Of a DNA stretch of 64,000 nt, positions 41,890 through 54,242 are shown in pieces (the stretch's first letter is position 1; every line of letters starts with the position of its first letter). The stretch is from the NCBI GenBank assembly GCA_951406725.2, contig OX597836.1:49352001-49416000 (forward strand), written 5' to 3'. Source of the stretch: Octopus vulgaris. Taxonomy: Eukaryota. Under the pieces are notes generated by a model. It saw only the letters and a list, made by a program, of their open reading frames with translations, was not told the DNA's origin and searched no databases. A program made the translations under genes and the position numbers.

Positions 41890-42164
41890 GAGATTCAGTT
41901 GAATATGGTACTTAAGTCAAAGGCACCAGAATTTGGTTTAGTATTATCCATATAATTCAAAATGGGGTGATTATAATCAAAATAAGCAACAAGGATATCC
42001 AAAGGTAATGCAGTACGATCGCTTCATGCGACTTCATTTAATTAAACAATGTATTACATCAGTTTTAAAATGTAGAGCAATCTTCAGCTGCATATAAATA
42101 TAGAATTTTAGTTAAATTGATGGTTATTCCATTTACCAACATCACAAAGAGGGTATGTATATGA

Positions 42165-42214
<50 letters not shown>

Positions 42215-42886
42215 TCGTATACATACATGAATATATATTGTAACAACCGTGGATTGCTGTGTTATGCGTGTTGATTTTGTTTGCTTTTGGACATGTAGAA
42301 AAAGCTTCGTGTTGATTATTTAGTAAATGCGGTGAATTATGCATTAATATTTCAGAGGCTTCTTTTAGGCATATCAAAAGTTAGACAGAGAAGGGGGAAA
42401 ATAGGCGAAAACTGGGCGAAAACATAACGGACAGAAAAGAGAGACAAAAACACGATACAAGGAACATTCGCAGCTGATTTTCTCATCAGATGCTTTCCGA
42501 GACGTCTTAATGGCTTCGCGCCATTTAAAACCAAGACCATTGTTATCTAACGGGAACGCCAGAGCATAGAGCTGCAGGAAAAAGCTGACGAATGTGTACT
42601 AGGACAGGACATTGCATGTGCAATAGGAAATAATGACAAGGTGTAACAGACAAGGAATGGTACATATATAATAGAAAATGCCTTACGGCTGTACAATAAG
42701 CAAGAGGATTAATTATACTAAAATGATACAATAGAAACAGAAAAAAGCCTTTTCGGTTATCAAGACAGACGTAGTGAGATAGCGCAAAGATATGGAAAAA
42801 GTCCTTGACGGACAGAACACAAACGTGTCTGGTTTGGTCAGCAGCAGGCCCAAAAAAGGACGACGCGCTTTGACTGGACACCGGTC

Positions 42887-42890
<4 letters not shown>
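41890..42890 (-). mobile_element. Penelope-like element remnants between microsatellites
   Basis: ORF 42108-42377 ICLKEASEILMHNSPHLLNNQHEAFSTCPKANK resembles the Penelope GIY-YIG C-terminus (LCL.EK..I....LLN.R.E..S.C.H.NK); degenerate hammerhead-like cores nearby. Confidence 0.55.
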
Positions 42891-42919
<29 letters not shown>

Positions 42920-43007
42920 TATGTATGTGTGTGCGCGCGCGTGTGCGTGTGTGTATGTGTGCGTGTATGCCACACACCATAGAGTATATTGCAATAGGTC
43001 GTCTGTG

Positions 43008-43080
<73 letters not shown>

Positions 43081-44679
43081 CGTATGTATATATATATATA
43101 TATATATATATACGTGTGTGTGTGTGTGTACGTGTTACATGTATATATCGTTATGTATATATTTCTATATGTATATATGTATGTGTATACGTATATGTAT
43201 TTACATACATACATGCATGGATACATACTTACATACACACATACTGTATCTCTAATAGCAAAAACCAATAATTAACCCGTATTAATTGGGGTAGGCTGGT
43301 AAGCATTTCTATCGAACATAAACCAGAAAAGTAAAACCCGCTAATTAATGAGTAATTAGCAGCATCATTAACAAAAATAGCCAGAGCCTTCCCAGCACCA
43401 TACACAGTAGGGATACGTTAAAGAGCAACATGAAGGAAATGGTTTTATTTCTGGGAAAGCCAGCGCATTGTTTTGGCTGTTGTTACCTGGTTGGAACATT
43501 GACAGCAGGTGGGTAGGGTGCGGGGGTGGATTCTTTTATTTGATCTCTGCTATGGGTAGAAAACCCTCAAGGTGTTGGTCTCTGTAGTCATTTATGAAAC
43601 TGGTGCCATTTGGTAGTCCCACAGAGTCGAGAATGGCTTCGAGTTCCTTTTGATTCATTTGGATAAATGGTTCCTAGCTTATCTATGTTCGACTAATTTT
43701 CTTGTTTTATCTAGGACGGAATACACATGACAAAAACAGATACAAACATGTACGCACGTACACACGCACGCACGCCACACGCACGCACACGCACACACAC
43801 ACATACACACACACACGCGCACACACACACGCACACACACACACACATACACACACACACACAAGCAGTCTTCACTCATCGTCCTTTCGTTATAAGTAAA
43901 ATAAATCTGGCAAAATGTACTGAGTTTTGGTTTGTTTTTATTTTATTTTCCTCTCGTAACTTGTTGCGTTTTTTTTTACTACAGTCAAATACCAATAAAT
44001 ACTAAGAAAACAATACTGGTTACCAATACTCGTCATTCAAATTTTATTTCACAAAGCTCGTCTCAAATAAAATCTCTCTGCGCCCATAGTCTACTTCATA
44101 CAGACCTCATCCCTTTCAAACAGCGCACTGAGGAAGCATGCGCATAACAAAGCACAATAAAGAGCATTGCATATAATTTAATTATTACATATACAGTACA
44201 TTACATTCAACTCGCAGAAAGAACTCCCTCCGGGCGGTTTTCTGCTGGCCACTCCATAATATTTCCACATTTGATTCCCAATTCTAATAATTTTTATGAT
44301 ATTTTACGTCTAATTATTTCTTTGTATAATAATGTTGACTTGCTGTCATTGTTTTATCACAGCCATATTCTCTCTTTTTTTTAAAGAGTCAATCTCTTAT
44401 ATATATTTATCGTTAATAATTGGTAGAACTTATATATGTGTGCCTGGATAGATGGATGGGTAGATGGATACACTCGCCCCACCACACACAAAAGTCTGGT
44501 GCTGTGAGAAAACATGAGAATGGCGTTTCCTTACTTTTTCAAATATTCCCAAATTTAAAAAAGGATCTAATATAACGATATCATTCATTCGGCATGTTTT
44601 GAAATATGCCAAACAATTCAATCCCACACAAATATATGTTACTTTACATATAATTTACGTGTTAATTCTATTTACTGAA

Positions 44680-44925
44680 TCTTGCTAAAAAGCATATTTT
44701 GCTTTAAATAGACACAATTGTCCGTAATTATATTGTTTCTATTTCTCTCAGCCAATATTTTTGCATCAGCCTTCTTTCGAACTCTAGATATTGCGACATA
44801 CAGCTGACCATAAGGCAAAAGATGGCTTGACAGGAAATAGTTTGCGTCCAAATGGGAAAGGAAATCCCATTCCTTGAGATACATGTGGTATTCTTGGGAT
44901 TAGAAGAGCTGATCCTGCATAATTT
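44680..44925 (-). pseudogene. Helitron Rep-helicase (PIF1-like) C-terminal fragment
   Basis: LIPRIPHVSQGMGFPFPFGRKLFPVKPSFA fused out of frame to YGQLYVAISRV...TDNCVY; the intervening MTINKSQGQ segment is deleted. Confidence 0.8.
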
Positions 44926-45241
44926 AAATTATGTAATAAGGTGGAGTTACAGGAATCTTCTGGTTAATGAAATATTGACTCAACATCTGGAATGGAAAGA
45001 GATCGGCAACGTGTTGCTGCTGTTGTGGAACCACCGCGAATTTTAACATGTAAAGGTTCGCCTGAGATTTTCTAGTTTAAGATAAAGTTTTCGCCATTTT
45101 TATTGAAAAACATCCTCAAAGAGGGAGATATTCAAAAGCATGTTAATAATGTGTGGCTACAACTGTTCCAAGGAATTTATGATAAGAAGTTATACATGTA
45201 TGTATGTTTGTATGTATATATGTATGTGTATGTATGTATGA

Positions 45242-46480
45242 ATTGTGTTGACCCAAAATTTCGCTTGGTTTTTGTTGACACATAACTTCAAGCATTCTAA
45301 TATGTAGCTAACTTCTGTCTGTCCCTTGCAGATGCGCATGCGCACTCGTCAGACTCTTGACACTTCAACGTAATTCGACGCGAAATTACGACGAGACAAA
45401 TTGTATTTCGTGTGCTTGGAATCAATGGAAAATGGAGAACCAAACCAAACATTATCGGCACATCGTTCTTTATTTTATTTTTTTTTAAAGGTAAGATAGC
45501 AGCATAAACCTATCGAAAGATTTGCGCTGTTGTTCGAAATGTGCGAGTCGGAAGAAGTTTCCCAGATTTAGATTGTGAAATTGTTTGGTTCAAGATGCAC
45601 CTCGCTCTGACCGGCCAACTGAGATTAAGAGCGACACCAGCCCTCGTTATACGACCAGGATGATCGTAGATATTCCCCGAATATCTAAATCGTGTGTCGA
45701 AAACCATCTGCATCAACTCGGTTACGTCAGCAGCCTCGATGTTTGGGTGGCACATCGATTGAGTGAGGCTGACCTCGCCAAACGGATTTTTCACCTGCGA
45801 TTCATTGCAGAAACATGAAGAAAACGATCCTTTTTTGAAGAGAATGATGACAGAGAACGAATAATGTATCATCCATAGCAATGTGAAGCGCAGACCGTGA
45901 GAAAAACGCGGCGAACCACTACAAACAACCGCCAAAGCAGGACTTCGTCCGAAGAAGGTTATACTTTCAGTTTTGTGGGATTTGAAGGGTGTTGTTTTTG
46001 ACGAGCTCCTTCCTACGGACAGGACCATCAATTAAGATGGGTACAAATTAAATGCAGTGATCCACTAGAAGCGTTCAGCACTTGTTAATCGTAAAGGCAT
46101 TGTCTTTCATCATGACAGGCCATACCGCATACCTCTTTGCAGACACGACCGAAGTTACTGACGCTTGCTGGGAAGTTCTGCCACCGTCTCCGTATTCGCC
46201 CGACTTTGCACCTTCATATTTCCACTTGTTTTGGACTCTTCGAATTTTCTTGAATGGACAGACCTTCAACTCCGATGAGGATACAAAAGTTCGCTGGAAG
46301 AATTTTTCGCCAGTAAAGACAGGAAATTCTTTGAACAGGGAGTAATGGATCTGCCCATAAGATGACAAAAGATGCAGGAGCGAAACGGTAATTATATCAT
46401 TGATGGAATAATACATTTTGTGTTTAAAACTTGTCTTCTTTTCGCTTATAAAACCGAACCGACCTTTTGGTTAACCTAAT
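45242..46480 (+). mobile_element. Full-length dead mariner transposon, ~1240 bp
   Basis: Imperfect ~31-bp TIRs attgtgttgacccaaaatttcgcttggtttt and aaaaccgaaccgaccttttggttaacctaat. Confidence 0.88.
45432..46410 (+). pseudogene. Mariner transposase, many stops and frameshifts
   Basis: DAPRSDRP, NHLHQLGY..LDVWVAHRLSE (WVPHEL), PKKVILSVLWD, WEVLPPSPYSPDFAPSYFHLF (YSPDLAP). Confidence 0.9.
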
Positions 46481-46481
46481 G

Positions 46482-46608
<127 letters not shown>

Positions 46609-46649
46609 TGACATCAAGCCTTGGGTATGTCTTTTAATTAACTTCCATC

Positions 46650-47035
46650 CATCTATTTTTGTCGCCCACTATTCATAGGAAAGTCGTGCGGTTAGAATCC
46701 CCAGCTACCTCCTCTATATATGGCCCTTGATCAGAAGCAAGCGACATTCTGGCTGGATTCCCAAGCATGACCAACAGAAACTATTCACATTATCCAGCCA
46801 TCTTATGCTTTGGTCTACCCCTTGGTCATCTTTGGTCTACCCCTTGTTCATCTTTGGTCTACCCCTTGCTCATCTTTGGTCTACCCCTTGGTCATCTTTG
46901 GTCTACCCCTTGGTCAGCTTTGGTCTACCCCTTGGTCATCTTGGATCTACCCCTTGGTCACCTTGGGTCTACACCTTGGTCATCTTGGGTCTACCAGATT
47001 GAACGATTCATCTTGAGATTCTTTCCTTAGACATT
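46650..47035 (-). mobile_element. RTE 3' stub
   Basis: Minus strand SKERISR*I...RPRGRP..RWLDNV, ending in a gatggatgg tail. Confidence 0.6.
46809..46995. repeat. 22-bp tandem repeat, ~8.5 units
   Basis: Unit tttggtctaccccttggtcatc at 46809, 46831, 46853 and onward. Confidence 0.95.
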
Positions 47036-47408
47036 TCCAATCTCATGTCCTTAGTAGAAGAACTGTGACATCTCTGGTTCGACCTGGTTCGACCCCGATC
47101 TTTACATTCCGTCGTCTTAAAGACTTTTATTTATCTTTCTTAAATGCATTTACAGCACACATGTATCTCCAATGTTTAATTCTGGAAGTGTTTTGAGCCT
47201 TTATTTAGGAATGTGTTGATGTTTTCGTGACCAGCAGGAATAATGTAACTTTTGGTTAAATCATTGAACCTCGTTTAAAATTGGTTTCTCTTGAAAATGT
47301 TCCAGTTGAAGTCATACTGCTCAAGAACCTGTCCAAAACATTAAGAACTGACTAAACACATATACGCACACACACATCTATACACGCGCACACATACATT
47401 TATACATA

Positions 47409-47503
47409 CGTGGCACCTTGGGCAAGGGTCTTCTACTATAGCCTCGGGCCGACCAAAGCCTTGTGAGTGGGTTTGGTAGACGGAAACTGAAAGAAGCCCG
47501 TCG

Positions 47504-47577
<74 letters not shown>

Positions 47578-47780
47578 TCTGTGTTTGTCCTCCCAGCATC
47601 GCTTGACAACCGATGTTGGTGTGTTTACGTCCCCGTAACTTGGCGGTTCGGCAAAAAGAGACCGATAGAATGAGCAAGGCTTACAAATAACAAGTCCTGG
47701 GGTCGAAAAGTTCGACTAAAGGCGGTGCTCCAGCATGGCCGCGGTCAAATGACTGAAACAAGTGAAAGAATAAAAGAATA
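47409..47780 (+). mobile_element. S2 SINE
   Basis: Collinear with 36267-36640; CpGs retained. Confidence 0.8.
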
Positions 47781-48259
47781 CACACACATCATACATAGAT
47801 ACGTATGTGTGCGTGTGGGTGCGCATGCGTGTGTATTCAGTGAACGCACACAAAACATTCAGGATAAAAGTAATGATGTTGTCTACATCTATTTTTAATA
47901 CGCACAGGTGTGCAGGAACGTGTTAAAAATAGATCTACACATCATTATTTTGGCGCTCGTTGTTTCGTGTGTTTACCGAATTAATTTCAGATTGACAAAC
48001 CTCAGCACACACCAGCAAATGTTGCTTACTGATATCTTCACAAGGACAGAAATTCTCACCTAATTTCAAGGGACAGAGGCGGTGTCTACTACTGAGGCGG
48101 AGAAATTAAGCCGAAACGTTAAGTTTTGATAGTTTGCTAACATATTTTGGAGATTGTTGCGTTTTCATGCACAATATCAACCGGGAGCGGTTGTTGTTCT
48201 CTGAGACAAAATTTTAGCCTCAAAGAGTGTGCAGGAACACGTAATTCACACACTCACTC

Positions 48260-48290
<31 letters not shown>

Positions 48291-48340
48291 ACACAAAGAA
48301 ATACACACACATACAAACAAATACACACAAACACACACAC

Positions 48341-48390
<50 letters not shown>

Positions 48391-48424
48391 AATATATGGT
48401 ACAACGAAGTACCGTATTGCATTA

Positions 48425-48476
<52 letters not shown>

Positions 48477-48477
48477 T

Positions 48478-48690
48478 CTTTTATTCTTTTACATGTTTCA
48501 TTTGACTACGGCTATGCTGGAGCACCGCCTTAAAGGGTTTTAGCCGAAGAAATTTACTCGAGGAATTATCGTTTGTAAGCCTAGTACTTATTGTATCGAC
48601 CTATTTTGCCGAACCACTAAGTTACAGGGACATAAACACAGCAACATCGGTTGTCAAGCAATAGTGGAGGGGAGAACAAACATACACACA
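48478..48690 (-). mobile_element. S2 SINE 3' half
   Basis: Reverse complement of the S2 3' end (ttttattcttttac.tgtttca...gctggagcaccgcc). Confidence 0.7.
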
Positions 48691-48703
48691 CCCAAGTAAA
48701 TAT

Positions 48704-49120
48704 AGGTGCAGGCGTGGCTGTGTGGTAAGAAGCTTACTTCCCAACCACATGGTCCCGGGTTCAGTCCCACTGCTTGTCACGTTGAGCAGGTGTCTTCTGC
48801 TATAGCCTCGAGCAAGTGTCTGCTACTGAAGCTTTGGGAGTGGATTTGGTAGACGGAAACTGAAAGAAGCCCGTCATATGTGTGTGTGTTTGCGCATGTG
48901 TGTGTTTGTGTTTGTGCACGTGTGTGTGTGTGTGTTTGCGCACGTGTGTGTGTGTGTGTATTTGTACCCTCATCACCGTTTGACAACCGGTGCTGGTTTG
49001 TTTACATCCCCTACTTAAAAATACAAGTCCTGGGTTCGATTTGTTCCACTAAAGCTCTTCAGTACAGTGCTGCAGCATGGCCGCTGTCAAATGACTGAAG
49101 CAAATAAAAGATTAAAAGAA
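48704..49120 (+). mobile_element. S2 SINE with intact tRNA-like head
   Basis: A-box tggctgtgtggt and B-box ggttcagtccc; S2 body and tail. Confidence 0.8.
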
Positions 49121-49190
49121 AGACTACTCTCTATTCTGTACTCACTTCAACTCCGGTTTTCCTACACCTCTCAATTGAGCAGAAAATCTA

Positions 49191-49221
<31 letters not shown>

Positions 49222-49660
49222 TGTGTTTGTTTTTTTTTTTTGTTTTTTGTTGTTTTTATCTAATCGTCAGAATTTATAAAGTGAAGCAGCGAGCGACGGT
49301 TTCGTGCGTTGGCACTCATCAAAGTTTGAGGCGTGTGAACGCACGAAACTGCCGGCCTTTGAGTCTCTTTGTCGCTTCTCGCCATTAAATTATCAAATAT
49401 ATATTTACGCATGTTATGAGGTCTACTTTTATTACTGTGCTGCCCGAAACTGTCGACTCAATCAACCAACCCACACACCCACCTACTTATATACACACAT
49501 ACACACATACATACATACATACATACATACATACATACATACATACATACATACATACATACATACATACATACATACATACATACATACATACATACAT
49601 ACATACACACATACATACATACATACATACATACATACATACATACACACACACACATAC

Positions 49661-49706
<46 letters not shown>

Positions 49707-49863
49707 AAAAACGGAGAAAAAAGACAAGAAAAAACAACGCGAAGCAGTGGTACATGCAATGTATACGTACACACACACATGCATATGCATATATATATAC
49801 ATTCTCATCTATATACATATATATGTATGCATATGTATATATATATGTATATATGTATATATA

Positions 49864-49915
<52 letters not shown>

Positions 49916-50178
49916 GATACATACATACATATACATATATATATAGAGAGAGAGGGAGAGAGGGAGGGAGAGAGGGAGGGAGACAGACATACATTTTTAA
50001 GCCCTTTGTATATTTTTGTTAAAGTGGGAAAAAATATATCTACATAATTAGTATGTGTTGAAATAAAAGAGAACAATCGTAATGGGAGAGAGAGAGAGAG
50101 GGAGAGAGAGAGAGGGAGAGAGGAGAGAGAGAGAGGGAGAGGGAGGGAGGGAGAGAGGGAGAGAGGGAGAGAGAGGGA

Positions 50179-50223
<45 letters not shown>

Positions 50224-50469
50224 TGTTTTGTAGCCTAAAAGTGTAATTTATTTACCATCAGCTGTTGCACGGCATTGTTTTGCGAAATCGGAGTTATTTA
50301 GTTTCAACTTAAACAACCAACGCACACACAACAGCATCAACACCACGCATGCACAGGCGGCGCAGAGGCATACGTACACGTATTGATTGGTTATCGATTG
50401 ATTAGTAATTAGTGTAACAGCATGGGTTTCAAGTATCTACAAAACCTTTGAAGCCAAACAAAGATTATT

Positions 50470-50510
<41 letters not shown>

Positions 50511-50560
50511 GGACACATGAATACATACACACATGAACACAATCATATATATATATGTAC

Positions 50561-50626
<66 letters not shown>

Positions 50627-51665
50627 ATATATATATACATCTAAAACTTCCTTTTGTTTCAAATGTTTTGCGGATGTTTGAGTACATGGATGTATAAATT
50701 TATATATTTACATATACATACATGTGTATACATATACACACGGGTACACGCAAACGCGTACACTCACGCACACGTGCAGTATCCGCTAAATACACAATCA
50801 TACACACACACAATTTCATTTTACACTTCAACATTAAACAATAGTGCCGTTGGCACGGTGGGCGATTCTCTTTTTATGGGAATGGCACTTTTGGGTCTGC
50901 TGTATAAACCTGTAAAGGATGGGGGGGGGGCAAGAAAGAGCAAAGTCCAGAGCCGTCACGGGTGGCACGCCCCCTTGCTGTGCCACTGAAAACAAGCTAA
51001 ATAGTTGACAATATTTCTGACCTCAAGAATAACAACGACGTGTTGCAGTGTTAGTATATCGATGTAGTGGACTTCATCCGAGAAGCATCGGTTTTTCGCA
51101 AGATTTTTGTCATTTACCTATTTATATTTCATTGACGAAATGTATAAACATACATACAAACATGGGCGAAATTTCGAAATAGCTGTCCTTCGAAACCCCA
51201 AAGCACATGGGAAAAGAAAACGGTACGAAATTGCGAAGTAAAAAGGCGAAAATCGAAATATTTGGAAAATATTTTCAGGTTCGTATTTTTTTTTCTTGCA
51301 TGAAAGACAGGGAAATAAATCTGCCGTCTTTCTTTCCAATTATGTTTGGGATTTCGAAGGACATCTACATTAAAACTCTACTTAAACATGTGTACAATAT
51401 CTACACACATACAATAAATACATTCCTTCATTCACACACAACGATTGCCTTATCCTCTCACGTGATTACCGTCCAACATTCATCTTGATTGTTCTGACTT
51501 TCACCCTTGCACGTATGTCGCTATGACTTCTCATTTCGCACATTCTTTGCCTCGGGGCTTTATAAAATACAAGACGGATCAAGAAATGAAATGAAAGTGA
51601 GACGTCTGTAGGTCTTTGGATTTAAATAGCTAAAAAGCTTGAGCAACACTTTTGCCAGTCTCTCA

Positions 51666-51866
51666 GTCGCCATATTAGATTCCACTGACATCAAGCATTG
51701 CAAGATGGCGGCTATTATTTTGTCTGCAGGTTTTATGTCTGAATATCTTTCTCATGGAAGAGCTGCCTTCCCCATGGCTTCTCTCAAAAATAACCGAAGT
51801 CTCGTCTATCTCTGGGAAATTTATTTAACCCATAGATCGCACCCTGACAAGTACAACACTTCCGGG
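51666..51866. promoter_or_regulatory. Candidate CpG-containing promoter-like patch with YY1 and ETS motifs
   Basis: caagatggcggc at 51701-51712, reverse gtcgccatatt at 51666-51676, acttccggg at 51858-51866. Confidence 0.3.
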
Positions 51867-52226
51867 TCAGAACGGACCTAACAGGTAATCGTAATTAACG
51901 AATAATTCCACGTTAACCCCAAATCCACAACTCGCGAACAGGAGCCTCATCACCGGATGCAGTTGTATGTCGTATCGAGGACATACAAGCATGTATGCAT
52001 GCATAATACATACATACGTACATACATGCGCACACACACATACATGCATATACATACACACACACACACATACATACATACATACATACATACATACATA
52101 CATACATACATACATACATACATACGTACATACACACACACGCACACATACATACATACACACACACTCGCATACATAAACACGCACACATACATACATA
52201 CATACATACATACATACATACATACA

Positions 52227-52257
<31 letters not shown>

Positions 52258-52524
52258 CCAGAATATACACTATCGATTTGGCAGACGCCTCAGGTTTCGT
52301 CCTTAACGAATTAATTGTTTGAATAAGTTGTCAACGGTGAAGGCTCAGGTCACCATCGACTCAATATAATCAATTCCAGAGTCCCATCATCAGGAAATGT
52401 TTTGCTGTTCTTGCAACAATTTGACCGTATATTCAACACACCTGGACTAATCTCACCCCCTCAAATTTCAAGTTCTGCACCAATGTTACAAAGGATTATT
52501 ATTATTATTATTATTATTATTATT

Positions 52525-52967
52525 GAGTGAGAGAGCAGTTCATGCCATCAAAGTGACACTGGGGTAAAATATACGAAGCCCAGTATACCCATCATGACTA
52601 CCCGTCTGATAAAGGCACACCAGGCACATGCATCACAACCATATGTGCGCGACATGGTGATCTCACATCAAGATAAACAGCACATGACCTTGCAGGTGGG
52701 GCCCAGTTAGAATTTTCTTCAGGTTGAGTAGTCCATCCTGCTCAAAAGGTCCCTGAATAAGGGTTGCTTTAGGATGTTGAACGAAACACCTATGTTTCCA
52801 GAGGTGAATTATTCAAACCCCAAAGAATCCCTCTCAACACATGGCCATGATGCTCCCCCACTACTTCTGCTCGTGATCAGAAATGCACATATCGTCAGCC
52901 ACTAAGGGACATGCTCAACTGGTTAAGGCCAAACAACTGACAAGCAAATCTGTGGTATTGAGCAGAA

Positions 52968-52971
<4 letters not shown>
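52525..52971 (-). mobile_element. Element A copy 1 (3' 447 bp)
   Basis: Flanked by (TTA)n; near-identical to 53404-53851. Confidence 0.85.
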
Positions 52972-53020
<49 letters not shown>

Positions 53021-53022
<2 letters not shown>

Positions 53023-53362
53023 GTTTTTTCCTTCTTTCTTCAAATTTTCTTCCGTTTCTCGCCGAGTGTTTTCCACATACCTAGGGCAGAGAAGCTCATT
53101 GTATGCATTTCCAGATTACACAGGCAAATTCACAAATAAAATATGTATTTAAATATTTAATAAATAAATAAATTCATGGATGGATGTTGTTTTCACAGCG
53201 ATAATGTTCTTCTCAGTACAAGAGCCGTTCCAGTTAATACGATTTTTTGCACTTCCTGTAGGGATGGTTGACCTGGAATCATTTTTAAATAGGTTTCAGT
53301 ACCTTTTTTTATCATTCCTAGAGATCCTATAATCACTGGTACTGTAGTCGCCTTGAGATGCT
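53021..53362 (-). mobile_element. R4/Dong 3' fragment (Dong-B)
   Basis: Minus strand HLKATTVPVIIGSLGMIKKG...QEVQKIVLTGTALVLRRTLSL*, then a 3' UTR and (TAA)n. Confidence 0.85.
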
Positions 53363-53403
53363 ATTATTAAAGGATTATTATTATTATTATTATTATTATT
53401 ATT

Positions 53404-54178
53404 GAGTGAGAGAGCAGTTCATGCCATCAAAGTGACACTGGGGTAAAATATACGAAGCCCAGTATACCCATCATGACTACCCGTCTGATAAAGGCACACC
53501 AGGCACATGCATCACAACCATATGTGCGCGACATGGTGATCTCATATCAAGATAAACAGCACATGACCTTGCAGGTGGAGCCCAGTTAGAATTTTCTTCA
53601 GATCGAGTAACCCATCCTGCTCAAAAGGTCCCTGAATAAGGCTTGCTTTAAGGATGTTGAACGAAACACCTATGTTTTCAGAGGTGAATTATTCAAACCC
53701 CAAAGAATCCTTCTCAACACATGGCCATGATGCTCCCCCACTACTTCTGCTCGTGATCAGAGATGCACATATCGTCAGCCACTAAGGGACATGCTCAACT
53801 GGTTAAGGCCAAACAACTGACAAGCAAATCTGTGGTATTGAGCAGAATATTTGCTGTTTCTTCAAATTTTCTTCCGCTCCATCTTTTCCATACCAAGGAC
53901 AAAACAATGTACATAATAACACTTCCAATCAGTTAAGATCAGAAGCCATGAGAGCCACTGCCTGGTACTGCATAGCCATGAGAGCCACTGCCTGGTACTG
54001 CATAGCCATGAGAGCCACTGCCTGGTACTGCATAGCCACTGCCTGGTACTGCATAGCCACTGCCTGGTACTGCATAGCCACTGCCTGGTACTGCATAGCC
54101 ACTGCCTGGTACTGCATAGCCACTGCCTGGTACTGCATAGCCACTGCCTGGTACTGCATAGCCACTGCCTGGTACTGC

Positions 54179-54180
<2 letters not shown>
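53404..54180 (-). mobile_element. Element A copy 2 with reiterated 5' end
   Basis: Full ~570-bp body plus tandem copies of its terminus; (TTA)n on both sides. Confidence 0.85.
53944..54180. repeat. 3 x 30-bp plus 7 x 21-bp tandem array
   Basis: agccatgagagccactgcctggtactgcat x3, then agccactgcctggtactgcat x7. Confidence 0.97.

Positions 54181-54239
<59 letters not shown>

Positions 54240-54242
<3 letters not shown>

Noticed and set aside
46809-46995. CRISPR-like array (also considered for 53944-54180 and 3982-4260)
   Set aside because: Units are directly adjacent with no unique spacers, there are no cas genes, and the context is eukaryotic.
48704-48770. tRNA gene (also 1597-1660)
   Set aside because: A/B boxes are present but there is no cloverleaf, and the sequence continues into a SINE body.
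53929-54180. MQYQAVA-repeat ORF as a repetitive peptide
   Set aside because: Unit lengths of 21 and 30 nt keep the frame by arithmetic; it is the reiterated end of element A and directly abuts (TAA)n.
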